Shown: positions 9,688 through 19,448 of the stretch, in pieces
Position numbering within the stretch: position 1 is the first letter of the stretch
Layout of the letters: each line of letters begins with the position of its first letter
Assembly (NCBI GenBank): GCA_050115495.1
Contig: JASFQK010000001.1
Location: forward strand, 1-64,000
Source of the DNA: Phycisphaerae bacterium
GTDB lineage: Bacteria; Planctomycetota; Phycisphaerae; UBA1845; Fen-1342
Reading direction: 5' to 3'
Length of the DNA stretch: 64,000 nucleotides
Made by a program: the position numbers and the translations under genes
Notes under the pieces: generated by a model
Databases searched by the model: none
What the model saw: only the letters and a program-made list of their open reading frames with translations
What the model was told of the DNA's origin: nothing

Positions 9688-9978
9688 ATGTTCGTGCTCG
9701 TGACCTACGACGTCTCAACAACGACCAAGGCGGGCAGGCGGCGGCTGCACCAAGTGGCCAAAGCGTGCCTGGATTTCGGGCAGCGCGCACAGAACTCGGT
9801 CTTCGAGTGCCAGGTCGATCCGGCACAGTTCGCCGAGCTCAAGCACCGCCTGCTTTCAATTTACGATGAAGAGGAGGACAGCATCCGGTTCTACCTGCTG
9901 GGTTCGAACTGGCGGGGCCGGGTCGAGCATTACGGGATCAAGCCGACGGTGGACCCGGATGGCCCGCTGCTGGTCTGA
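9688..9978 (+). CDS. cas2: Cas2
   Basis: VLVTYDV, RRRLHQVAKACLDFGQRAQNSVFEC, DSIRFYLLG. Confidence 0.97.
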   Translation: MFVLVTYDVSTTTKAGRRRLHQVAKACLDFGQRAQNSVFECQVDPAQFAELKHRLLSIYDEEEDSIRFYLLGSNWRGRVEHYGIKPTVDPDGPLLV

Positions 9979-10169
9979 GGATTCCGCCACCACGCGAACC
10001 CACAGCGCACAGGGTTGGCCCGGGAGGTTCGCGGGTTGCGTAAGTTGGTCTTTGACAAGTAGATAGGGTCGTTGGCTGTGTAGCGGATGCTCGCCAGCGT
10101 GTCGTCGCCGCCGGCGTTCGCGGCTTCCGTGTCGTTACATCGGCGGGACAAAGGATTTGGGACAGAAGC
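9979..10169 (+). promoter_or_regulatory. CRISPR leader
   Basis: Non-coding stretch between cas2 and repeat 1; inverted motif CGCGAACC (9993-10000)/GGTTCGCG (10026-10033), a further GTTCGCG at 10116, and a TTGACA hexamer. Confidence 0.8.
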
Positions 10170-12611
10170 GTCGCTCCCCCCGCGGGAGCGCGGATTGAAA
10201 CAGTGCCGGCCGACGACACGCGGGCTCGTGGCGAACGTCGCTCCCCCCGCGGGAGCGCGGATTGAAACAGCGCTCGCAACGTCCAGATCTTCGCGGCCGC
10301 AGCGTCGCTCCCCCCGCGGGAGCGCGGATTGAAACATCGTCGCGCTGGCGCGGCGGATCGGGGCGGCGATGTCGCTCCCCCCGCGGGAGCGCGGATTGAA
10401 ACGTCGTGGCGCAACGAGAGACAACCGACCGTAGTCCAGTCGCTCCCCCCGCGGGAGCGCGGATTGAAACGGCTCCGCCCCGACCAGCGTGCTGCCAGCC
10501 AGGTAGTCGCTCCCCCCGCGGGAGCGCGGATTGAAACCGGATCCACCGCGCACACCGCGCAATGCACGCCCGTCGCTCCCCCCGCGGGAGCGCGGATTGA
10601 AACCCGCTGCTGACCGGGGCGATGACGATCGCGCAGCGTCGCTCCCCCCGCGGGAGCGCGGATTGAAACCTGCCCGCTCGCCGGCGAGCGCAGCAGGGCA
10701 CCCGTCGCTCCCCCCGCGGGAGCGCGGATTGAAACCTCTCACTCAACATCAAAGCTCACCGTCCCTGCCGGTCGCTCCCCCCGCGGGAGCGCGGATTGAA
10801 ACTCCAACGCCCCGCGGCCCCGGGACGGCCTGGGGGGAGTCGCTCCCCCCGCGGGAGCGCGGATTGAAACCGGAGGTGGTGGAGCCGTGAGGAAAGAGAG
10901 CCGTCGTCGCTCCCCCCGCGGGAGCGCGGATTGAAACGGTAGCACCAGCGGGTGGAGCACGTACGACCCGAAGTCGCTCCCCCCGCGGGAGCGCGGATTG
11001 AAACACGGCGGTCGGGACGGAGGGCGACGGGTTCGTGCCGGGTCGCTCCCCCCGCGGGAGCGCGGATTGAAACGGCGACCACTCGATGCTGCCGGCGGCG
11101 CAGTTGAGCGTCGCTCCCCCCGCGGGAGCGCGGATTGAAACGAGCGCCGCGTCGGCGTGACGATCCAAACGGCGTCGTCGCTCCCCCCGCGGGAGCGCGG
11201 ATTGAAACCTGGATTTCTCGCAGATGGATGAGATGGCGGAATGGTCGCTCCCCCCGCGGGAGCGCGGATTGAAACTGCAGCAGCCGCAGCGGCCCGACCG
11301 CTCGCCACCCGTCGCTCCCCCCGCGGGAGCGCGGATTGAAACGGCCGGCCACCAGAAAGCGGATACTTGACGGCCTGTCGCTCCCCCCGCGGGAGCGCGG
11401 ATTGAAACTGCTCCCCCGCCGCAGATCTTTACGGCGGAAGAGGTCGCTCCCCCCGCGGGAGCGCGGATTGAAACTGCGCGCCGACGACTGGGGGGACCGA
11501 AGGGCCGGGTCGCTCCCCCCGCGGGAGCGCGGATTGAAACATTGCCGTGACGGATCGTTAGCGTTAGGAGCCGGAGGTCGCTCCCCCCGCGGGAGCGCGG
11601 ATTGAAACGCCGTACCGAACGCTGACGAGGGCGTGCCCGCCGAGGTCGCTCCCCCCGCGGGAGCGCGGATTGAAACGAAGAGGCGTACGACGTGTGCCTG
11701 GTGTCCAGCGTGGTCGCTCCCCCCGCGGGAGCGCGGATTGAAACACGTAAGGGCTCCTATGCCTCTGTGCTCATCTGGTCGCTCCCCCCGCGGGAGCGCG
11801 GATTGAAACATCATCGCGCTGGCGCGGCGGATCGGGGCGGCGCTGTCGCTCCCCCCGCGGGAGCGCGGATTGAAACTTCTGCGGGGCCATCTCATTCGGC
11901 GGGGAGACGGGTCGCTCCCCCCGCGGGAGCGCGGATTGAAACCAAGTAGGGCATACTGGCCGGGGAGCCGAGCCAGGTCGCTCCCCCCGCGGGAGCGCGG
12001 ATTGAAACGTCGTCGGCGTCCAGCCCGTCAGCCAAACGCACGGGTCGCTCCCCCCGCGGGAGCGCGGATTGAAACCTCGCGCAAGGTCCTCAGGCGCTCC
12101 CGCAGATCGTGTCGCTCCCCCCGCGGGAGCGCGGATTGAAACCTGCTCAAGGATCCCAGCACACCCGCCACCCGTCCGTCGCTCCCCCCGCGGGAGCGCG
12201 GATTGAAACACCCCGTACTCGTGCCGCCCGCCATCGAACCGCACGTCGCTCCCCCCGCGGGAGCGCGGATTGAAACCACGAGGACCAGGAAGGCCTCTAT
12301 CGCGCGGCCGGTCGCTCCCCCCGCGGGAGCGCGGATTGAAACGCTGTACGGCATCAGAGCCCATCCATCGTTTCGCGTCGCTCCCCCCGCGGGAGCGCGG
12401 ATTGAAACGCTGTACGGCATCAGAGCCCATCCATCGTTTCGCGTCGCTCCCCCCGCGGGAGCGCGGATTGAAACAAGGACCTGCACCGCGGCGTGCTGAT
12501 CGCCGTCGCGAGTCGCTCCCCCCGCGGGAGCGCGGATTGAAACATCTTGATGGCGTGAACTACAAAGAGACGTGCTGTGGTCGCTCCCCCCGCGGGAGCG
12601 CGGATTGAGGC
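10170..12611 (+). CRISPR. Type I-C CRISPR array, 37 repeats / 36 spacers (33-37 nt)
   Basis: 32-nt repeat GTCGCTCCCCCCGCGGGAGCGCGGATTGAAAC (stem CGCTCCC/GGGAGCG). The terminal repeat 12580-12611 is degenerate (ends TTGAGGC), supporting + orientation. Confidence 0.99.
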
Positions 12612-13032
12612 AGGCCTGCTCAGCCGAGCTGCGAATCGATACAGCTACCCGTCGCTGTGCAGTCGTCCAACCCAGGTTCCTCAGTCTCGCGGCGGCCAAG
12701 GCCGCATCGCTGCTGCGCTGCGTCCAAGCCTCGTGGATGGCACGGGGCTCCGCGCAGAAACATGGATCACGCGCGCCGCAACTGCCAATGTACAATGAGA
12801 TTACATCAATTCCCACCAGGGGCAGCGGTGGGGCGCGCGGCCGTCTCCGGGTCATCCGCCGGGGGCGCTCTTCAGCCACTGTCGGCGCTACTGACCTCTG
12901 ACCGGGCAGACCGCCCGAACTGTGCCACTGCCAGCGCCCCCGGCGACCGGGAAGCATGCCGGCCTCGCGTCGAACAGAGTTGGCTCGCCATTTCCGAGTC
13001 TCTGGGTCCTATTAGCCGTTGGTTAAGCGAGA

Positions 13033-13048
13033 TGGCACGCGTCGTGCT
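13033..13048 (+). promoter_or_regulatory. Putative sigma54 -24/-12 promoter upstream of gdh
   Basis: TGGCACGCGTCGTGCT has GG-N10-GC spacing, about 115 nt upstream of ATG 13164. Confidence 0.5.
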
Positions 13049-13163
13049 GTGTGACGGGCATCGGCCGGCGATGTGATTGGGGGCATCCCTGGTGCCCGAT
13101 CGCCGGCCACCGCCGACAGTGTACGGCAACGTCCGCTTCGTTTCGAGAGAAGGGATCGGTTAC

Positions 13164-14450
13164 ATGAGTACCAAGCCTTTCAATGCCTTCGCGATGGCCC
13201 AGGCCCAGTTTGACAAGGTCGCTGAGAGCCTTGGATTGGATCAGGGAACCAAAGACCTCTTGCGGCAGCCGATGCGAGAATACCACTTCGGTCTGCCGGT
13301 GCGGATGGATGACGGGACGACCAGGGTCTTTCGCGGCTTCCGCGTGCAGCACAATGACGCCCGCGGGCCGGCCAAGGGCGGTATCCGGTTCCACCCCCAG
13401 GAAACGGCCGACACCGTGCGGGCCCTGTCGATGTGGATGACGTGGAAGTGCGCCGTCGCGAACCTGCCCCTCGGTGGCGGCAAGGGCGGCGTGATCTGCG
13501 AACCGCACAACCTGAGCATGCCCGAGCAGGAGCGCATCTGCCGGGCGTATGTGCGCCAAATCGCGCGGGACATTGGCCCGTTGCGGGACGTTCCGGCGCC
13601 TGACGTGATGACGTCCGGCCAGCACATGCTCTGGATGCTCGACGAGTACGAGCAGATCCGCGGCGAACGTTATCCGGGCGTGATCACCGGCAAGCCCGTG
13701 GGTATGGGCGGGTCCCTCGGCCGGACCGAGGCCACCGGCTACGGTGTCGTTTTCACAGTACGCGAAGCGTTGAAGGAACTGAACATACGGCCGCAGGACA
13801 CGATCGCAGCCGTGCAGGGATTCGGGAACGTCGCGCAATACGCGATCGAGCTATACAGCCAGATCGGCGGAAGGGTCATCGCCGTATCCTGCTGGGACCA
13901 GGAGGATCAGCAGCCGTACACGTTCCGCAAGAAGGACGGCGTGAACCTGGCCGAACTGCGGAAGATCACCGACCGCTTCGGCGGCATCAACAAGCAGAAG
14001 GCCGCCGAGCTCGGGTATGAGCGGCTGCCGGGTGATGCGTGGATCGAGCAGGACGTGGACATCCTCTTCCCGTGTGCACTGGAGAACTCGATCACGGGGG
14101 ACAACGTGTCGCGTATCTCGAAGCGCGTTAAGCTGATCGCCGAAGGGGCCAACGGCCCGACCACGCCGGACGCGGACCACGTGCTGCACGAGCGCAGCCT
14201 GTTCGTCATACCGGACTTCCTGGCGAATGCGGGCGGCGTCACCTGCAGCTACCTGGAGCAGGTGCAAAGCAACATGAACTACTTCTGGCAGAAGGACGAG
14301 GTGCTCGGCAAGCTCGACACCATGATGACTTCAGCCTTCATCGCCGTGAGCGACATGGCGCGCAAGCGAAAGCTCTATATGCGCGATGCCGCGTACACGA
14401 TCGCTATCGCACGCGTAGCGCAGGCGTGCAAGGACAGAGGCTGGGTGTAG
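13164..14450 (+). CDS. gdhA: Glu/Leu/Phe/Val dehydrogenase (glutamate dehydrogenase)
   Basis: RVQHNDARGPAKGGIRFHP, GGGKGG, DVPAPD, TGKP, GRTEATGYG, VQGFGNV, EGANGPTT, PDFLANAGGV. Confidence 0.93.
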   Translation: MSTKPFNAFAMAQAQFDKVAESLGLDQGTKDLLRQPMREYHFGLPVRMDDGTTRVFRGFRVQHNDARGPAKGGIRFHPQETADTVRALSMWMTWKCAVANLPLGGGKGGVICEPHNLSMPEQERICRAYVRQIARDIGPLRDVPAPDVMTSGQHMLWMLDEYEQIRGERYPGVITGKPVGMGGSLGRTEATGYGVVFTVREALKELNIRPQDTIAAVQGFGNVAQYAIELYSQIGGRVIAVSCWDQEDQQPYTFRKKDGVNLAELRKITDRFGGINKQKAAELGYERLPGDAWIEQDVDILFPCALENSITGDNVSRISKRVKLIAEGANGPTTPDADHVLHERSLFVIPDFLANAGGVTCSYLEQVQSNMNYFWQKDEVLGKLDTMMTSAFIAVSDMARKRKLYMRDAAYTIAIARVAQACKDRGWV

Positions 14451-14483
14451 CAGCCCCGAACAAGCGACCTGGCGGGCAGAACG

Positions 14484-16229
14484 ATGGGTGCACAGGCTGA
14501 CAGGGGCGTGTTCCCGCCATTCGACCGCAAGTTCTTTGAATCGGATCGGGACTTCACGGTCATCGGCGGCGGCGAGTTGGGGGGTAAGGCTCTCGGCCTG
14601 GCCACGGCCAAACGCATTGTCGAGGAAGCTCTGCCGCCCGGTTCACTTCCCGGCGTAGAAGTCAGCATTCCGCGTCTGACGGTGCTCGGGACCGGAGTCT
14701 TCGAGCAGTTCATGGAGACGAACGACCTCCGTGAAGTGGCCCTGTCGGACCTGCCGGACGACCGCATCGCACACGCCTTCGTTCAGGCGGAGCTTCCGCC
14801 GGTTTGCGTCGGCGATCTGCACGCCTTGATCGCCCAGACGCACACGCCGCTGGCGGTACGCTCGTCGAGCCGGCTGGAGGACGCGCTGCAGCATCCCTTC
14901 GCCGGCGTCTACGCGACCAAGATGATCCCGAACAACCAGGCGGCGACGGCGGACCGCTTCCGCAAGCTCGCCGAGGCGATCAAGTTCGTGTGGGCGTCCA
15001 CGTTCTTCCGTGATGCGAAAAGCTACATGCGGGTGATCGGTCATCCGCTCGGCAGCGAGCGGATGGCGGTCGTCGTTCAGGAGGTGGTCGGCGAGCGCTT
15101 CGGCGATCGATACTATCCCGTCATCTCGGGCGTGATTCGCACACACAACTTCTATCCGAGCGGTCCGGCCAGGCCGGAGGATGGCGTCGTGAACCTCGCC
15201 CTGGGGCTGGGCAAGACGATCGTCGACGGGGGTGTGACCTGGACGTACAGCCCACGGTTCCCGAACCATCGCCCGCCGTTCGGATCCGCACGCGAATTGC
15301 TGGCGAACACACAGACGCAGTTCTGGGCCGTCAGCATGGAAGCTGCGCCATATGATCCGGTCAACGAAGCCGAGCATCTGGTGCAGTGCGGGCTGGATGT
15401 GGCCGAGTGGGACGACGTGCTGCGCTTCACGGCGTCCACGTACGATGCAGCTTCCGATCGCCTGACGCTGGGTATCGGCGTGGAAGGCCCGCGCGTCCTG
15501 ACCTTCGGGCGGATCCTCGAACTGAACGACGTGCCGCTGAATCACGTTGTGGAGAGGCTGTCGGCACAATGCAAGGCTGCGCTGCAATGCGACGTGGAGA
15601 TCGAATTCGCGGTGACGTTGGACCGCCGGACCGGCCTGCCGGCGCGTTTCGGCTTCCTGCAGGTGCGTCCGATGATGGTCGCCCAGGATTCGGTCCAGGT
15701 GAGTGAGGAGGACTTGTGCGGCGATGGGGCGCTGGTCGCCAGTGAGACCGTGCTTGGGAATGGACGCGACGATTCCATCGCGGACGTCGTCTACGTGAAG
15801 CCGACCGCGTTCGAGGCCAGACACACGCCGGCGATTGCCGCGGAAGTCGAGACACTCAACCGAGAACTCGCTTCGGCCGGTCGGCCCTATGTCCTGATCG
15901 GCTTTGGCCGCTGGGGCAGCAGCGATCCCTGGCTCGGCGTCCCGGCCACGTGGCCGCAGATTTCGGGAGCACGGGTAATCGTTGAAGCCACGTTACCTGA
16001 AATGAACGTGGACGCCAGCCAGGGGTCACACTTCTTCCACAACATGATCAGCTTCGGCGTGCTCTACTTCACGGTCCGGCATACGGACCGTTACGCGATC
16101 GACTGGCAATGGCTTGACGGGCAGCCGGCCTCGTCCGAGACTCGATTCCTGCGGCACGTGCGGCTCGGCGTGCCCCTGGAGGTTCGTGTCGACGGCCGCC
16201 ACGGCCGCGGCGTGATGCTGCACAGATGA
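14484..16229 (+). CDS. PEP/pyruvate-binding (PPDK_N-like) domain protein
   Basis: GGKALGL, LAVRSSSRLED, FAGVY, MAVVVQEVVG, LGLGKTIVDG, EIEFA, LQVRP, GRWGSSDPWLG, SQGSHFFHN. Confidence 0.85.
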   Translation: MGAQADRGVFPPFDRKFFESDRDFTVIGGGELGGKALGLATAKRIVEEALPPGSLPGVEVSIPRLTVLGTGVFEQFMETNDLREVALSDLPDDRIAHAFVQAELPPVCVGDLHALIAQTHTPLAVRSSSRLEDALQHPFAGVYATKMIPNNQAATADRFRKLAEAIKFVWASTFFRDAKSYMRVIGHPLGSERMAVVVQEVVGERFGDRYYPVISGVIRTHNFYPSGPARPEDGVVNLALGLGKTIVDGGVTWTYSPRFPNHRPPFGSARELLANTQTQFWAVSMEAAPYDPVNEAEHLVQCGLDVAEWDDVLRFTASTYDAASDRLTLGIGVEGPRVLTFGRILELNDVPLNHVVERLSAQCKAALQCDVEIEFAVTLDRRTGLPARFGFLQVRPMMVAQDSVQVSEEDLCGDGALVASETVLGNGRDDSIADVVYVKPTAFEARHTPAIAAEVETLNRELASAGRPYVLIGFGRWGSSDPWLGVPATWPQISGARVIVEATLPEMNVDASQGSHFFHNMISFGVLYFTVRHTDRYAIDWQWLDGQPASSETRFLRHVRLGVPLEVRVDGRHGRGVMLHR

Positions 16230-16250
16230 GCTGCGCAGGCAGCGGAGGCC

Positions 16251-19200
16251 ATGATGACAGATCAAAACGATCGCGTCACCGAGATTCTCCGATCCTTGCG
16301 TGAGCGGGCCAAGGAACTCAACTGCCTCTATCAGATCGAAGAGATTCTCAACTCCGAGGATCTGCCGCTGGGGGACGTCTTCCGCGGCGTCGTCGATGCC
16401 ATTCCGCCTGGCTGGCAGTACCCGAACGTGTGCGTCGCTCGCATCCGCTATGAGAACAAGGACCACGCCTTCGGGGACTTTCGCGAGACCGAGTGGATGC
16501 AAAAGGCTGTCATCCGCGTCTACGGCGAACCGGTCGGCACGTTGGAGGTCGCGTACATAGAGCAGATGCCGCAGGCCGACGAAGGCCCCTTTCTCAAGGA
16601 GGAACGCAAGCTTCTGGAGACCGTCGCCGAACGCATCGGCAGTTGCATCACGCACCGCCGATTGTTGGAAACGATGCGCTGCTCGCGGGAGTCGGACCAC
16701 GCGTCACGTCACCGCGGTCGTGAATGGGCGGCCATCCTCGATCTCATGCGTCGCACCGATCAGAGCCTGCTGATGCGCGTAGCGCGCAAGATGATCAACC
16801 ACTTGTGCTGGTGCGGGGTGAAGGAGGCCGGCGACCTCCTGCAGAAGTTCCGCCCGCAGCGCGAGCCGGATGAGCCGGAAGTGTTCTTCGAATCAAACAG
16901 GCCGAGAGGCCGCGATTCCGCCCCGTCAGCCACCTTGCTGGCGGATAGCGTGTTCGAACTGGCTCACGCGCATCTCAGCGACGACGAGATCATCTCCTGC
17001 GTCCACAATTGGGTCCGGCAGGACCGCGCCAGCTTCCTGGTGAACACGCTCGAAGACTCCTCCACGTCGATCTCCGAGGTCAGCGACGCCATACAGCGCT
17101 ACCAGCACGTGGGGCACGAAGAAGTCGAGCTGTCACCGTCGACGCGCAAAGGTCTGCTCGTGTCGCTCGTGCGGCGTTTTCTGTCGGACCAGCTCGAGTA
17201 TATCAACGTCGCCAAGCAGTACGTCGAGATCGGCGACTTCCATCGGCTCGTGCAGCGCATGATCTACCCGACGCGCGGACACGGGAAGACGGGCGGGAAG
17301 GGGGCAGGCCTGTTCCTGGCCTACCAGATTGTGCAGCGACACCGCGCCGACAACGAGCTGCTCGCGGGCATCAAGACGCCGAAGACGTGGTACCTGACCT
17401 CTGACGGCATGCACGACTTCGTGTACTGCAACCATCTCGAGGATGTGTTCTCGCAGAAGTACAAGGAGATCGATGAAGTCCGCCAGGAATACCCCGATAT
17501 CGTGCAGGTGTTCAAGAACTCGCAGTTCTCCGCCGCGATCGTCAAGGGCCTGTCCCTGGCGCTGGACGACCTGGGCGACAGGCCGCTGATCGTTCGGAGT
17601 TCGAGCCTGCTGGAGGACCGCTTCGGGGCCGCCTTCTCTGGGAAGTACAAGAGCCTCTTCCTGGCGAATCGCGGAACGAAGCAGCAGCGACTGGCCGCGC
17701 TGATGGACGCTATTAGCGAGGTGTACGCATCGGCATTCGGACCGGATCCGATCCAATACCGGGCGGAACGCAATCTGCTTGATTTCCAGGAAGGTATGGG
17801 CGTCCTCATTCAGGAGGTCGTCGGCACGCAGGTCGGCGACTACTTCCTGCCGGCTTTTGCCGGCGTGGCCTTCAGCCACAACGAGATCCGCTGGTCGCCG
17901 CGCATCAAGCGAGAGGACGGGCTCGTACGGCTCGTGCTGGGGTTGGGAACGCGGGCCGTGGACCGCCTCGGCGACGACTTCCCGATTCTCGTCTCGCCGG
18001 GCCAGCCTCAGCTCCGTGCGAACGCCACGCCGGAGGAGGTTGCGCGCTACTCCCCCCGTTATCTGGACGTGATCAACCTGCAGACGAACGAGTTCGAGAC
18101 GGTGGATGCCGCCGAGTTCCTCCGGGAGGCGGGCGACAGGATGCCCGCGGTTGAGCAGTTGGTCTCGGTGTACAAAGACGGCCGCCTGCAACAGCCCTTG
18201 GTCGGCAGCATCGATTTCGAGCGTGATGACCTGGTCGTCGCCTTTGAGGGAATCCTCAACCGAACGCCCTTCGTGAAGCAGATCCACGCGCTGCTCAACG
18301 TGCTCGAGCGTGAGCTGCGGCACCCGGCAGACATCGAGTTCGCCTCGGATGGTAAGGACCTCTATCTGCTCCAGTGCCGGGCCCAGGCACCCGCCAAACA
18401 CGCCAAGCCGGCTCCGATTCCGCGCGACATTCCGCCTTCCCGGCTCGTGTTCTCGGCGAACCGGTACGTGTCCAACGGCATCGTGCCGAACATCACGCAC
18501 ATCGTGTACGTCGACCCCGAGCAGTACAGCCGCCTGGGCAGCCGCGAGGAACTGATCGCCGTCGGCCGGGCCGTCGGCAAGCTCAATAAGTTGTTGCCCA
18601 AACGACAGTTCATCCTGATGGGGCCGGGGCGCTGGGGCAGCCGCGGCGACATGAAGCTCGGCGTATCGGTGACATACTCGGATATCAGCAACACGGCGAT
18701 GCTGATCGAGATCGCCCGCAAGACGGGGGACTACACGCCGGACGTTTCGTTTGGCACACACTTTTTCCAGGATCTGGTGGAAGCGGGAATCCGGTACCTG
18801 CCGCTCTACCCGGACGAGGACAACGTTGCGTTCAACGAGCTGTTCTTCACGCGCTCGCCGAACCTCCTCGCGGAGCTCACGCCGGAGTATGCGTCATTGA
18901 GCGACACGGTGCACGTGATTGACGTTCCACGGGCGGCGGACAGCCAGGTTCTCTACGTGCTGATGAACACGGACCTCGATGAGGCCGTAGGTGTGCTCAC
19001 CGAACCCACCGAGTACCTGGAGTACGGCGACGACTCCGGGCGGGCGCTCGCCGCCGCAGGCGGACAGGATTGGCGCTGGCGGGCGCGTATGGCCGAGAGC
19101 GTCGCCGCCCGTCTCGATCCGCAGCGGTTCGGTGTGAAGGCATTGTACGTGTTCGGCAGTACGAAGAACGCGACGGCCGGGCCAGCCAGTGACATTGACC

Positions 19201-19448
19201 TGCTGGTGCACTTCGTTGGGACCGACAGCCAGCGCCAGGAGCTCAAGCGGTGGTTCGAGGGCTGGGGCCAGGCACTCAGTGAGATCAACTACCTCCGCAC
19301 CGGCTGCCGAACCGACAGCCTGCTCGACGTTCACCTCGTCACCGACGAGGACATCACCAAGCGCACGAGTTACGCGGTGAAGATCGGCGCTGTGACCGAT
19401 CCAGCACGTGAGCTGCCGCTCGGCGATGCGCTGCCACCCGCTAAATGA
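16251..19448 (+). CDS. PPDK_N-like domain protein with N-terminal sensory-like region and C-terminal nucleotidyltransferase domain
   Basis: LRERAKELNCLY N-terminus; GGKGAGL, IVRSSSLLED, FSGKYKS, GLGTRAVD, DIEFA, LLQCR, GPGRWGS, SFGTHFF; C-terminal YVFGS...SDIDLLV. Confidence 0.85.
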   Translation: MMTDQNDRVTEILRSLRERAKELNCLYQIEEILNSEDLPLGDVFRGVVDAIPPGWQYPNVCVARIRYENKDHAFGDFRETEWMQKAVIRVYGEPVGTLEVAYIEQMPQADEGPFLKEERKLLETVAERIGSCITHRRLLETMRCSRESDHASRHRGREWAAILDLMRRTDQSLLMRVARKMINHLCWCGVKEAGDLLQKFRPQREPDEPEVFFESNRPRGRDSAPSATLLADSVFELAHAHLSDDEIISCVHNWVRQDRASFLVNTLEDSSTSISEVSDAIQRYQHVGHEEVELSPSTRKGLLVSLVRRFLSDQLEYINVAKQYVEIGDFHRLVQRMIYPTRGHGKTGGKGAGLFLAYQIVQRHRADNELLAGIKTPKTWYLTSDGMHDFVYCNHLEDVFSQKYKEIDEVRQEYPDIVQVFKNSQFSAAIVKGLSLALDDLGDRPLIVRSSSLLEDRFGAAFSGKYKSLFLANRGTKQQRLAALMDAISEVYASAFGPDPIQYRAERNLLDFQEGMGVLIQEVVGTQVGDYFLPAFAGVAFSHNEIRWSPRIKREDGLVRLVLGLGTRAVDRLGDDFPILVSPGQPQLRANATPEEVARYSPRYLDVINLQTNEFETVDAAEFLREAGDRMPAVEQLVSVYKDGRLQQPLVGSIDFERDDLVVAFEGILNRTPFVKQIHALLNVLERELRHPADIEFASDGKDLYLLQCRAQAPAKHAKPAPIPRDIPPSRLVFSANRYVSNGIVPNITHIVYVDPEQYSRLGSREELIAVGRAVGKLNKLLPKRQFILMGPGRWGSRGDMKLGVSVTYSDISNTAMLIEIARKTGDYTPDVSFGTHFFQDLVEAGIRYLPLYPDEDNVAFNELFFTRSPNLLAELTPEYASLSDTVHVIDVPRAADSQVLYVLMNTDLDEAVGVLTEPTEYLEYGDDSGRALAAAGGQDWRWRARMAESVAARLDPQRFGVKALYVFGSTKNATAGPASDIDLLVHFVGTDSQRQELKRWFEGWGQALSEINYLRTGCRTDSLLDVHLVTDEDITKRTSYAVKIGAVTDPARELPLGDALPPAK

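Noticed and set aside
10202..12579. Self-targeting array spacers within the window
   Set aside because: None spotted by eye; a systematic alignment was not possible, so this is not excluded.
12738..12754. Second TGGCAC sigma54-like site
   Set aside because: Lacks the GC at the -12 position.
12788..12808. TGTA-N9-TACA palindrome downstream of the array
   Set aside because: Short, spacing does not fit GTA-N8-TAC, and it is far from the gdh start.
9930..12957. Many ORFs with FQSALPRGER / VSIRAPAGGAT / FNPRSRGGSD repeats
   Set aside because: These are translations of the CRISPR repeat.
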